DNA of 64,000 bases, taken from the human T2T-CHM13v2.0 reference genome, Homo sapiens. Shown in pieces: positions 15,602-30,507 of the stretch. Made by a program: the position numbers and the translations under genes. The stretch is taken from NCBI RefSeq assembly GCF_009914755.1, contig NC_060935.1. One strand, 5' to 3'. A model generated the notes under the pieces. It was given only the letters and a program-made list of their open reading frames with translations, did not search any database and was not told where the DNA came from. The stretch's first letter is position 1; each line of letters begins with the position of its first letter.

Positions 15602-16458
15602 TAATATGAAAGTCTGGTTTTCTCACTGTCCTTGAACGCAGTCTGCTTAAGTTGTTAAAAACCATCCAGCAAAAGCTGTAGGTGAAGAAGTGCTACTGGT
15701 GTGAAGAGAGGAAAAGGTTTATAAAAGCAATCTGATAGCCTCATCTAATACACTTCTCAGCTTCTGCTACTAATATCCTACTTTTAACAAGCTGTTCTGA
15801 AGCTTAATCCAGTTACATAAGCAGTACGGCTGTTTTGAGTAGAGGCAGTGGAAGATCAGCAGTTTGTTCCTGATCATCTAGCAAAGGCATTTGTGTATTA
15901 ATGCTTATTTGGAAATACCAATTTTAAGTACTGTGTTTAATAGGGAGACACACTGTATTAAGCAACTAAACTAAGGCTTTATTCAGCAAATTAGGGTATC
16001 CTTTGCCCAGCATCATGCCAAGCACTAGGCATTTAGTGGTGACAAAAATTACTGTGGTTTCTGCTTTCATTGAACTGTCTAATCAAAGACTGATGACACC
16101 AAAGTGTAGCAGATGCCATGATGGAGCAATGTGGTTGATGGCAGATATTAAAGCCATGACTGAGTGTATACCCTAGTTAAAATGATCAGGGGAGACTTAA
16201 CTGAAAGGGGTAATTGAGCTAGATTTGAAGGATGAGGAGTAGCAGACTAGTCAAAGAAAGGGAGAGAAGAACATACCTAAACATCTGATCACCAGTGACT
16301 GAGAAAGTTATCAGGATCAAGTGGAAAGAGAAAGGACTAGCAGAGTTACAGGTTAGAGAAACAGGTAAAGGCTACTATGGACGGCATAATAGTTGCATCC
16401 CATGTTTTGTCTCTTAAGAACAGTTGCAAACTATTGAAGGTTTTAAAGCTGTGTGTTG

Positions 16459-16808
<350 letters not shown>

Positions 16809-18164
16809 TCACTTAATAAAGTTACCATTTAAAGAACATTCAATGCAATGAACAACATATATGGACCAAGAGATGGTAAGGAGGCTTGTTGGAGTGGCCC
16901 ATGTGAGAAATGGATTCCAACTTAAGGTGCGGATGGGGTGGTGGTAGTGAATGGATTCTATGGATTCCCTATCTCACTGGTCACTACTCAGTATCCTTTG
17001 CTGATTTCTCCAGGTCTTGGATGTCAGACTTCATCTCTAGCTGTGTTCTTCCCTGGGTGATCTGATCCAATCCCATGATTTTGAATATGATCAGCATTTT
17101 AGTCCTGAATATTTCTAGGCCCCAAACCTCTCAAAACTCATATTCAACATCTTGATATGAATTTCTCAATATTCCAAGTCAACTCCTTGATTACCCAACA
17201 CCAGTTGTTCATTCATCCAGTTGCTCAGAGCAAATGTTTTGGGTGCCATCTTCAATGTACTTTTATAACCTGCATCTAATCCTTAAGTGAGTCCACGTGG
17301 TTCTAACTTGAATATCCAGAGTTATCTTATACTTCTAACTACTACCACAACTACCATCCTAGCACAGGTGACTACAATAGCTTATAATTGTTCTCCTTTT
17401 TCTACTTTTGCCTTCCTGTGATTTAGTTTTTGCATAACAGGAAGCCTTTTAAGAGGGCAAAGCAGATTTTCTCATTTCCCTGTCCCCCACAAACTCCAGT
17501 GGTTTCTCATCATGACTAGAATTAAATTCTAAATCTGGTCCTTCACTTGCCCACTGCTTTGGCCACACTGACTGCTTTGCCAGGACTCCCCCATCTTGGA
17601 GCTTTTGTATGTACATCTTTGGCACGGGGAAGTTTTTCACTCATATTCTCAGGGCTCATTCTTTCTAAATTTCAGGTCCTTGTTCCATCCAGTGTCACCC
17701 CGTCAGAGGCCTTCAGTGTTCGTTTCTAAAATAGTATCCTTAGTCACTTTACTCACTGGATACTTTTGCTTAATAGCATTTAAAACTTAACCTAGAATTA
17801 ACCACGAGGGGCAGGAACATTTTGGACACTATCCCTTGTGAGCAGAATAGTGCGTGGGCATATTCACATTTTGCTGAATGAACTAAAAAATTTCATGATG
17901 GATGTTGGATTAAATGGGTAGTGCTGCTGATGACATTAAAAGTGTATCTGGGGAAGGGGTTTGGATTCAGACATTTGCGGTATCCAGGAGGAAACATCAA
18001 GCAGTTGATAATGTTTTTTGAAGTTCAGCGATCTGCCCCAAAGTCAAGAATGCAACACTATGTATAGGTTGTCCCTGTAGTCATGTTCTTGGAGTTCACT
18101 GGAAGCCCAGGGGGAGTAATTTCATTTGACGACCATATACAGGCCTAATGGGAGCCTGCAAAGT

Positions 18165-19115
18165 ACAGCGGCCGCAGTCATGGGTAGATTACAGGATTCC
18201 CATCTGTAAGATCAGTACTGTGGGGGTGGAGGGCCAAGCGAAACCAATAAAATAGGTCTGTTGGCCGAGTTTCCTCAACTTAACGGGGATCGGTTAAATT
18301 GAACACAAATCGTTGGATCCGTCGCGTTTCGCGTAACCAGGCTGACGCTGAAAACCCTGGACCTACGTGGGCAGGCCCTGGGGTGCGGACATCTATTTTG
18401 CCCTTCTTAGCCGAGGTACTTTAGCTGGGATATGAAGAGTGAAGAGGCAAACCGCAGCCAACACCCAGCTACCGCGAGCAGTGGGACTAAAATGCGCAAC
18501 CGCAGTGGACATCTAGGCCTCAGCTCCGCTTCTGGTGGCTTACGTCATTACTCAGCGACAGCCTTGAGGAAGGTCCCTTCTCGCTCGCCATCTCTGCGAC
18601 TTTAATGCGCTTGCGCACGTGCTGTCTACCAGTTCCTGAGAGGGACGCGTGCCGCGGAGCCAGGCTTACTACGTGACCCGGACACCAGGCATACGCTAGG
18701 GGCAGTCAGCTGTGCCTTCTCTTTCGGAGTTGTTCCGTGCTCCCACGTGCTTCCCCTTCTCCACTGGCTGGGATCCCCCGGGCTCGGGGCGCAGGTACCC
18801 AACGCGGGAGGGCCGGGTATGGATGCCAAGATCGGTGTCTGTGTTCTTCCTGGGCCGAGAGGGGACCGGCCTCAGGATGAAGGCTCTGCATCCGGACGGA
18901 TACCTGGCCTACGCCGTTTGTCCTCCACCCCTCTTTTGGGGCGCTCCAAGATAACAGAATCACCTCTCCAATACGCAGCCGCTCTCGGCGCGTGCTTCTC
19001 GAGCGTCCTCGGGGATTTGCGTGGCTCGATAACCACCTCTAAGTAGTGCCTGTAACTGGGGAGTCGGGGTGAATGGGTGGGTGACAACAGTTGTTTTCCG
19101 TGGAGCTTGCCCGCA
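18165..19115. promoter_or_regulatory. CpG island / NAT10 promoter
   Basis: Abrupt CpG-dense GC-rich stretch. Motifs: CCAAT 18244, E2F-like TTTCGCG 18327, CRE-like TTACGTCA 18540, YY1-like CGCCAT 18586, NRF1-like TGCGCTTGCGCA 18606, E-boxes CACGTG 18616 and 18744; no TATA seen. Confidence 0.88.
18630..18794 (+). other. NAT10: NAT10 non-coding exon 1 (start approximate)
   Basis: Within CpG island, no ATG, donor GCAG|gtaccc. Confidence 0.7.
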
Positions 19116-19912
19116 GTGCCTGGCTGCAGGTCTGGGCATTATACTTAGGGTAATCTGATTCCAGATCCTTCCACGTTCTTAAATCCTTCACTGTGCACAT
19201 TCCTTTATACTCTTTATTCAGCAGTCACATTCAGGACTTGGTTTTGTTTGCCAGTGCACCTAAAATGGTGCCTGCCACATAGATGTTATGTGTAGATAGA
19301 CGAATGAGTGAGCGAAAAATAATCATCTCCTTCAAGGCCTTCCCCATCCAGGCCTTCCATGACAGCTTCAGCCCATAGTAATCTCAGCCCTTCCTTCATC
19401 TGACCGGTCCCTCAGTATAGCTATTTTTTTTTTTTTTACATCTAATTTTACCTGTGTTCTTGTTCCTCATCTCATTCTCTTAAATACCTTCTTCAAGAAG
19501 AATGCAAGCTTGAAGTCAAGGGCCTTGTGGTACTACTTCTGGGGCTCCCACAGTAGCTAGAGCAAAAGGCAGCCCCCATTAATTAGTTGTTGATTGATTT
19601 TTGCGGGATCTTTATGTGGCCGGCAACACAAGGTTTACAAGTTGGGAAGATTGGCGAACTGGGAAGAGCTCAGGCTTTGGAGTCAGGAAGACTTGAGTGT
19701 GAATTCTGTCTGTCGTTTTTCTGCCTCGGGATATTTGAATTCTTTATACTTTCTCCTTTACGTATAAATTGGGGTCCTTGACAGTGACTTAGTGTTTTAT
19801 AGTAAGACATATGCTAAAATCTGTTTGGATTGGAAGGTTAGAAGGGACAGTTAAGGTATGGTAAGTTTCAGTAAATGAGCTTTATGTTTATAATGCAGTA
19901 GGTACCAGAGTT

Positions 19913-19960
19913 TCTAAGTAGCATGTCACTTTTACATCTAAGTAGCATGTTACTTTTACA
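19913..19960. repeat. 24-bp tandem duplication
   Basis: tctaagtagcatgt(c/t)acttttaca x2, one mismatch. Confidence 0.9.
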
Positions 19961-20032
19961 GTGATATTTCTGATGGTTTTTTTGATGTATTTATTGGGAT
20001 GATGCAGTATTTTACTGTAGGTAATCACAGAA

Positions 20033-20912
<880 letters not shown>

Positions 20913-21228
20913 TTATGTATTTTAGTCATTCTTCTACTTTTTTGAATATACAAGTTTCTGGCTTTTAAAAAATATTTAATAGAGGTGAATTACAGGCTTT
21001 CCAGGCTGAGGGAAGGTTTTCTCACCTCCCAAGCCTAAGGTTTCCTGAGTTTAAAACTAGAGGCTGATGTCTTCCTGTGGAGCTCGTAGAGGGTTAAGTA
21101 AGACAATACTTATAGATATGCCTAGCACAGTCCCAGGCCCCACAAAAGGCAGCCAGCTAATGTTCCTTAGACAATCTAGTGCGCATGGCCAGTTGTATTT
21201 CTTTCTCTTTTAGTAATAATTTTTCACC

Positions 21229-21336
21229 ATGCATCGGAAAAAGGTGGATAACCGAATCCGGATTCTCATTGAGAATGGAGTAGCTGAGCGGCAAAGATCT
21301 CTCTTTGTTGTAGTTGGGGATCGAGGAAAAGATCAG
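21229..21336 (+). CDS. NAT10: NAT10 exon 2 CDS (MHRKKVDNR...DRGKDQ); exon starts at 21214
   Basis: cACCATG preceded by in-frame TAA TAA; CAG|gtatgg. Confidence 0.95.
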
Positions 21337-21744
21337 GTATGGCCTGGTAAATGCTTCCTGAATTACTTTTTATCTTGTCCAAAGAATCAGCATGTTTAAG
21401 CACTCTGCTGTTTCAGGACATAATGGCATTAAGATCTCTTTGGCTGGTAAGATGCCTAGTGGGAACCTTTCTTTATTTCCTGGAAGTGGTGAATTCTCTG
21501 TATTTAGATTGATTCGCAGACAAGCTAATACCTTTTGAAGCCTGGGGTGGTGGGTTGACCACAAAGTGAACTGTATGTGACCTGGCTTCTAGTCCAAACC
21601 TGGTCATTGCTCGCCTTAGAACCTTGGGCACTTCCCTTCCCTGGCCCTCAGTTTAGTTTCCACATCCGTCAAATGAGGTCTTAAGCCTGGCGGTCTCTAA
21701 AGTCTCTTTTGTGCCTGAAATTCTGTGACTTTTTTGTTTGGCAG

Positions 21745-21836
21745 GTGGTAATACTTCATCACATGTTATCCAAAGCAACTGTGAAGGCTCGGCCTTCAGT
21801 GCTGTGGTGTTATAAGAAAGAGCTGGGGTTTAGCAG
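21745..21836 (+). CDS. NAT10: NAT10 exon 3 (VVILHHML...KKELGFS)
   Basis: gcag|GTG ... AG|gtaagc; 92 nt. Confidence 0.95.
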
Positions 21837-24800
21837 GTAAGCTGGGCTCTTCATGTGTTTTATCCAACTTACAATTCCTGCTCATTAGTTAAATGCCAGG
21901 AAATGATTCCTTCACATATTTTTTAAGGGTCTTTAGTGGAGGTGCTATCTCTGAGGACAAATGGAGCTGATATCCTTTCTTCATTCCTGAAAATAAGTTT
22001 CAAATCATTTTCATGCTTTTTAAGTCACCAATCCAATGCCTTGCCTTCTGCATATGGTTTTCCTTCCTGCTTTTCTAGGCTGATTAAGCCCATCTCATTG
22101 CAAGTTCCTTCAAACTGTCTTTCCTACCTCAAATTTATTCCACTTTTCACTCTCTCTCTTTTTCTCCCCTTCTTTCATGGAGGGGGTATATGCCTCATCC
22201 CATGTCCAAGGAAAACCCCTTTATGTACCCTGTGTCTCCTCCCTCACCTCTTTCAGGACCTGTATTGTCTTTCCTCTGCTGGCCACCCCATACCCTTTGG
22301 AAACTTTCTCCTTCCTGTAAACATGCTCAGATTTTTCTATTATCAAAAGCTGATTACTTACATACCCAGATTTCTCTCTCAGGTTAGCATTTCCCCCGAT
22401 TTTTATTGCCATATACCTTAAAACAGAAATCTTTTGCACTTAGTAGCCACTTTTGCAGTCTGGTTTCTGCTTCTATAATTGTGATCAAATTGTGCAGTTA
22501 GACATCCCCAGCAGCTTGATGCCTAATGCGTCAACTTTTCTCTCTCTTTCTCCTCCTTTTCAGAGCTCTGCCTCTTCTTCTACCAGTTCACTGCTGTATT
22601 TGACAGTTGGCTATTTGAAGCTGTGGTAGTCAAGACTTTTAGTCATAGATAACATACTTTCAACACAAATACAATTTGGCACAAAGGGATTTCATTGAGG
22701 TATATGGGATATTTCCTGGAATCCAAGGGGATAAGATTTCAGCTCTGCTCACGGGTGATCTAGAGTCACAGTACTAATGCTCCCAGCTCAGTTTGTCATC
22801 TCAGTGTATCTGCTCTATGCAGACCAACTTTCTCACTGCAGACCAGCTTTCTGTTTTCTGTTGTCCCCCTAGCAGAAACAACACTTGCGTTTTCCTTGTT
22901 TCAGGCCCAGCCATGTGGAAATCAGACTTTTTCCCAAAATTCTGGTGGAAAAATGCCCACACCTGGCCAGAGGAGGGTGGGGTTGGTCATAGCATAATAC
23001 AAAGTTGGAAGTTCTACCTACAACTTTGTGTTTGGAGAAGTTTGGATGGGGTGGGTAGTGCTGTTCCTTGGCAGATAACCACCATGGCATCACCTAAGAA
23101 ATAGTCTCCTTTTTTGGCTTCAGTGTCTTTACTCAGACCACCTTCCGGAGCTCTTCTCTTTCTCTGGATCTCGTCTCCTTACTCTAAACCTAGCTGGCTT
23201 GTGCGATTCTGTCCTTGAGCCTCTTCTAATTTCCAAATGTGCTCATCTCCGATCTGACTCTGAAAGCCTGTCTCCAGCTCTGGTTGCTTTATGCTGTGAC
23301 TAACCTCCCTCCTTTTCTTTGCTCATGCTGTCTCCTCTGCTTGGAATGCCACTTCCACCTCCCCGGTATCACCTATTGAAATCCTGTTTCTCAGGGCCTG
23401 CCTCCTCCGTGAAACTTTTCCTGAGCCCCCCAGTCATACCTGGTGGTTCCTCTACCTTCCTCTGCACTTGTCCTTCTCCTATAATGTTTGCCAATGGATG
23501 CTTTTGCTTTAGGGTAAAGTCACTTACATACTGTGACTTACGTTCATTTTTTTTTCTTTCCCTTTTTTTTTTTTTTTTTTTTTTTTTACTTTCAGGTGAT
23601 AAGCTTATTTAGTTAGGAGCCCTCTTCTATTTATCTTTGTATTTTCATACTTTTAACTGATTTAGCATGTTTATCATAGGTACTCAGTATACATTGAGTT
23701 GGATGTGTTGTTAACAGGCTCTAAAATTATTTTAATTTAAATTAGTACCAGAGGCTAAACTTGCCCCTGTCCTGTGGTCTTAAAGTGAAGGGATTCTGCC
23801 TAAAGGAAACCAGACAATCATAAGAGCCTTACTGATGAAATGTGAAAAGTGCAGAAAACCCAAAGATGAAAATAAAAAACATCTCACTGTCTAGGCATTG
23901 TCAGCATCTAGGTGTATATTACAGGGATGTAGTTTTGAACCATAATTGGTATTCTGTTGTATATACTCTCATATTTAGAGAGGTAGGCATTTTTAATACA
24001 GATTGAGAATAAGGCCTGTTGCCTATCCCAGAATTTTAAGTTTTTAGGGCTTCTGGTTTTCACTATTTTTCATTTGGCAAATATGAGATGGGTGTGGAAT
24101 TAGGCAGTTCAAAGTCTTCTGGGCAGATTTGCCTTTTGAATTTAAACCACCTGGCTTCACTTCTAAAAATCTACTTTTGTACCTCTTATAGCTCTTCTGC
24201 CCCACCCCTGTCTTAGTCTGGCAGAGCATTGTGTTCAAGCTAATGCCTGTTTGTAAGTCACGGGCTTAAGGCCTGAGCCAGAAGGGACAGTGGAGACAAA
24301 CTCACCCACTGCCTTGGTTCATAGATGAGGAAGTGGAGGCCCACAGGAGGAAAGGCCTTTGTTCTAGCTATTAAGTTAGAGAACTATGGTAAAATTTTGA
24401 TCAGCTGTAATCCTCCATTCTAGAACATTCTAATTCTCTCTTTTGGTAAAGGAAAGGTAAGTAGCAACTGGATATGCAGGGTTTTTAAGACCAAAAAAAT
24501 TCAGGAATTCCTTAGAGATGTCCAGATTCCATTCTGATCCCTGTGTCCTGTATCATTATTGTCTTATGTAAGACCTGCCCTTGAAGACATAATCCCACAT
24601 TCTCGGGGAGGAAGTCCTCTAGGAAGGATGAATAAAGTAACGTGCCATCACCTTGTCTTTCCTAGGATCTCTGGGGAACAGCACAGTGTAGTTGAAGCAT
24701 TGGCTTATGACTGAGATAATGAGGCCACTCAGGTTTGGTTTCAAGCTCTGGCTTTGGCCAAATGTGAGGGTTAGCTACCCTATTACCCATCTTTTAAAGC

Positions 24801-25054
24801 AAAGTATTTGCTCAAGGTCACAGGGCAAAATAGCAGAGTTCACACATAGACTTATCACTTACTCCAAGCCCTTAAGCACTCTAATGCCTCTCATGCCTCT
24901 CCACTGCCCTCCACCTGAAGTGGGCCTCACACTTTCAAGTTCCCTACTAGCTCTGAAAGTCTAAGTGGGTGATCACTGAGCCTTTCCCCTGGTTCCAGCT
25001 CTTTAGCTGCTCTGGTTAACTGGCTCTCATGGGATTGGGGGTGTGTGATTGCAG

Positions 25055-25226
25055 TCACCGGAAGAAAAGAATGCGACAGCTGCAGAAGAAAATAAAGAAT
25101 GGAACACTGAACATAAAGCAGGACGACCCCTTTGAACTCTTCATAGCAGCCACAAACATTCGCTACTGCTACTACAACGAGACCCACAAGATCCTGGGCA
25201 ATACCTTCGGCATGTGTGTGCTGCAG
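25055..25226 (+). CDS. NAT10: NAT10 exon 4 (HRKKRM...GMCVLQ)
   Basis: gcag|T ... CAG|gtgggt; 172 nt. Confidence 0.95.
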
Positions 25227-25788
25227 GTGGGTGGCTTCCTCTAACCTGTGATTGAAGTCAGAGTCTTGAGGGTTGCTTGGGCTGCCTGGCTTTCCACTGG
25301 GAACAGATGTACAGTAAGGAGAGGAGAGTCCCATGTTCCCTATGCCCAAGCATTATTAGTGGAAGTCCTGGCCACTTTCCAAAGTACACTCGGTCACCTA
25401 CCCCATATAAAAAGAGAATTTTAAATCAGCACTTGTCTAGAGACACCAGAACTGAAGTGATGAGTTATTATAACGGGTTCTAACTAGCTAAAGCTGATAA
25501 AGCAAATGCCAGAGACTTTGAGTGCCTCTAGGACCCTAGGTCCTTATTGGCATTCACCAAAGACTTTTTTTGTCCAGTGAGCAATGGGACTTGTTTTCCA
25601 ACCGGATATAGACCAATGCACTTAAATGTCCTGTCCAGAGTGCCTGAGTGGCATACCCACCATGAAGGCCCCTCTCCCCTTTTCTAGCCCTTAAAAACCC
25701 CTCACTTTACCTCTCAGAGACTACTTGGTGAATTTCTGCACTGGTGTGTATTCTCTTGCCTGGCAAGTTAATAGACTAAGTTTCACTT

Positions 25789-25815
25789 TGTGTGTGTGTG
25801 TGTGCATGTGTGTGT
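25789..25815. repeat. (TG)n microsatellite
   Basis: Interrupted tgtg run. Confidence 0.85.
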
Positions 25816-26523
25816 AAGCACTGGTGGTCTTTGTTTTATTCTTTGTTTCTTTGATTCCTGTGCCACCTCCCTTCCCCATTCTCCCAAAAAAGACAAGACA
25901 AAATTAAGCACAAATCCTCACATTTTTGTGTGTTTATCATATACACTTACAACTGTGCCCATTATTATGTCAAGTTACATACCTTGCAAAATATGGGTTG
26001 TCTCCTATACTGCTGGCTTGCATCTCACCTTGGAGGCCAAGAAAGAGGGCATTATGCCTCATTTTCACCTTTACTCAGGGAAATGCCCTGGGTTATCACT
26101 GATTGGTAGGGAGTGGTCTTCTACTTGCTGCCATGATCAATTGCCTGAATAATGACTCCTGTGAGCAGTAGCTCCCCCATGTAGTATAGTTTTGTCAAAC
26201 AGGTTTGAGCTATAAATGTCAGAAAATGTAAGATGTTTCTGAAATTCAAGTATGAATCAGTGAAGGTTGGAAAATTTGTTTCCAAATAGGATTTTATCAG
26301 AGACATTTTTGACATATAAAACTAACAACGTCTCTAATAAGAGACCCGTTTTTGGCATATAAAACCAGGTATTCGTATATTTGAGGGTTTGGCCCTCTTC
26401 TGTGGTACCCCTGTGTGTGTATCCTGGGAAGTCAAGGTGGGAACAGGTATGGTCTTGGCTTTGTGCTCTGAAGTCTTCTTTTTGCCTTATCACCTGGCTT
26501 TTGGTTAAGAGTCCCTTGGGTTG

Positions 26524-26661
26524 GGCCAGGCGCGGTGGCTCATGCCTGTAATCCCAGCACTTTGGGAGGCTCAGGTGGGTGGTGAGCCAAGATTGCGCCA
26601 CTGCACTCCAGCCTGGGCGACAGAGCAAGACTCCATCTCAAAAAAAAAAAAAAAAAAAAAA
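26524..26661 (+). mobile_element. Internally deleted Alu with TSD
   Basis: 5' ~60 nt fused to the 3' end; flanks agtcc(c/t)ttgggttg. Confidence 0.85.
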
Positions 26662-26717
26662 AGTCCTTTGGGTTGCTATTTGCATGACCAGCCCTTTCTA
26701 ACGCCCCCTTCTTCCAG

Positions 26718-26840
26718 GATTTTGAAGCCTTAACTCCAAACTTGCTGGCCAGGACTGTAGAAACAGTGGAAGGTGGTGGGCTAGTGGTCATCCTCCTACG
26801 GACCATGAACTCACTCAAGCAATTGTACACAGTGACTATG
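26718..26840 (+). CDS. NAT10: NAT10 exon 5 (DFEALTPNLLARTVETVEGGG...VTM)
   Basis: ccag|GAT ... ATG|gtaagc; 123 nt. Confidence 0.95.
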
Positions 26841-27871
26841 GTAAGCATCTGTTTTTTAACTTAATTGTGAGGGTTCAAGTAAATCTGTTTTTGCTGTGTT
26901 CTGCTTTCTTTAAAGAATTCCTGTTGGGCAGCTCCAGTGAGTAGTCAGCACAGCCTCTGGGCTAAGAGCTCTTTGATTTTAACTAATGAAAAAGTCACTA
27001 CAGTTAAATCTCAGGGTCCATGAGTGTGCCTAGGAATCTCTGAATTTCACCTTTGTTTTCAGGCACTTGCAAATTCTACACCAGTGAGATTCAGATATGA
27101 TACAGCTTTTATGTAGTTAAATTTTCTGGAATGATATTGTACAAGGAGCAATGCCAGTGCCTAAATTTGTGTATTGCAAAAAAAGGACCATGTGCAGACT
27201 GCTCACTGGCCCTTATCCTAATGGATGACGAAGGAACATTTGCCAGTTGTACTCCAGTTTGGCAAGAATTTCAACTCCAGCAGAGATTGTGTTCTCCCAA
27301 AGCAAAAGACACTGACTGAGGACATGGTGAGGAATTAGGGATATGTCTCACCTGATGCAGAGCTGGTCTCCTCACTTTATCAGCGTTGCCAAGTCAGTGT
27401 TCAGAGGCAAGTTTTAAGTCATGCCCATGTCCAGCAGCTCAGTAATGGTGGTCGGATTGGACTTAGGGTTTCCTGAGCTGCACTTATCTGATGAAATGGA
27501 CTTTCCTCAAATCTTAGGGGCTGTTTCCTGTCATTACTTCTCCCTTCATCACTTGCACTACAGCCCTTTTGGCCTCCTCAAATGTCCTCAGACATGCCCA
27601 GCACACACTCCTGCGAGGGCCTCGGCACTTGCTGTTCCCACTGGAATGTGCTTCCTCTGGACCTCTGCCTGGCTCGCTTCCTCATTGCATTCAAGCCCCT
27701 GCTCAGATATCACCTCATCCATGTGGTCTTTCCTCACACCCTGTTTACAGTAGGCAGCTCCGCCTGTCACTCCTTAACCGGCTTTATTTTTCTTCAAAGC
27801 ACTTGACAATGACCTAAAGTTATTATTATTATTTGTCTGTCCTCCTGTACTAGTCTCTAAATTTCACTGGA

Positions 27872-28199
<328 letters not shown>

Positions 28200-28824
28200 T
28201 TAGTTTTCTTTGCTGTTGCATTTCCAGATCTTAGAAGAGTTCCTGGCATTTAGTAAGCATTCCTTAGATAGTTGAGAGTGAATGAATGACTTTGTGCTCA
28301 CATCAGTTTGTTCTTCCTCTCCCTCTGACATAGCTACCTACTTACCCTTCAGGCCTCAGCTTATCTCAGAGAGGCCCTCCCTCACTACCCTACATAAGTG
28401 ACCCCCACTTGCTATCCGTGCAGTCTATATTTCATATGTAGCATTTGTCAAAATTTGTATTTATCTACTAATTTTTCTTCCTCCATCCATTATACTCCAA
28501 GTGCCATGAGAACAGAGGTCATGCTTTGTTCATTAGTGTATGCACAGCATATCTGGCACACAGCATGCCAATTTTATGAAATAAATGAATATAACTTAGG
28601 ATGCTAGGAAAAATGTGGAAAAGTGAAAGATTTTAATAAGCAACGTTGCATTCAGTGTCTGATCCCAGTTTCAGCAAATACCATTTGGCACAGCAGTGTG
28701 TGTGGGAGTGATTTTGTTTCCAGCAAGATTGCCCATGTCTCCTTGGATAGAGCTTTGTATTTGGACCCTGGTCCTCAGCACTGTTTGCATGCCTTTGTTA
28801 ATGGATGTTGTCTTTCTTTGTTAG

Positions 28825-28886
28825 GATGTGCATTCCAGGTACAGAACTGAGGCCCATCAGGATGTGGTGGGAAGATTTAATGAAAG
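28825..28886 (+). CDS. NAT10: NAT10 exon 6 (DVHSRYRTE...RFNE)
   Basis: ttag|GAT ... AG|gtaatt; 62 nt. Confidence 0.95.
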
Positions 28887-29404
28887 GTAATTCTATAGTT
28901 CCCCCCAATTGTGGGGCAGCCACATTGGGAGGGACATTTTTATCTTGGACTCAACTGAAAACTTTGCTTTTATATTGGGGAAAGTAGTACAATATTCCAA
29001 AAATGATGAGATTCTTGACAGCAGCAGCAGTTGTGAGACTAACTGGAAGCAGTGAAACGTGGTGGAAAGTTGGAGCCAGGAAACCTCAATTTTGTCTTGC
29101 TGCTGGCCTTGACAGCTCAGTTAAACCAGGTTACTCTCTCTGGTTCTTAGCTTACTCATCTTTTAAATGAGTGATTTTTCTGGATCACTGCTTCCCAGAA
29201 GATATTTCATAGAGCAGTAGTCTTTCCAAACTTTTTATTATGAATATGACGTACTGGCATAGTAAAAATGATTAAGAGAAATATGGGAGGTGGGGTGAGA
29301 TGTAATTAGAGGCAGAAAAAGGCGACAAAGTGTTTCTTCTGAGCAAAGGAACACCCATAATTTCAAATATGGTGTACGGTTTGTTATCTGAAATTAAATT
29401 TGTA

Positions 29405-30029
<625 letters not shown>

Positions 30030-30287
30030 ATCATAGAACACTAGTCTTTTAAGAGGGAACATATGAGGAGGGTTTGGCCATATATGTCTGGGAAACACCT
30101 ATACCGTTTTTTCCTTTATGAAGATTTGCCCCAGCCTGTTGTAATCTCTGAAAAGTCTTGCAGCAGCAGGGACCTGTTTAACTGATTGTTTCCCAAATTT
30201 ATTTTACCAAAAAAATTTATTTTTTTGGGGGGTGTGGGAACACCAGTTAGCACCCTGTGAAACACCTTAGGAAATTTTGACCTAAAT

Positions 30288-30507
30288 CAGTGGTTCTCAT
30301 CTGGAGCCATTTGGCCCCCTGGGGACATTTGGCAATGTCTGGAAATGTTTTGATCGTAATGACTTTGGGAGGGTGGTGGTGGGTGCCGTGGGCATCCGGT
30401 GGGTAGAGGCCAGGGATGCTGCTGAACAACTGGTGGTGCACAGGACAGCTCCACACCAAAGAATTATCTGGTCCAAAATGTCAGTAGTGCTGAGGTGTAG
30501 AAATCCG
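30288..30507. mobile_element. MER20 (hAT-Charlie) element
   Basis: cagtggttctca...ggggacatttggcaatgtctgga...gggtagaggccagggatgctgct. Confidence 0.85.

Noticed and set aside
18626-19087. Overlapping ORFs in the CpG island as microproteins or uORFs
   Set aside because: Expected from GC-rich, stop-poor sequence; spliced exon 1 has no ATG
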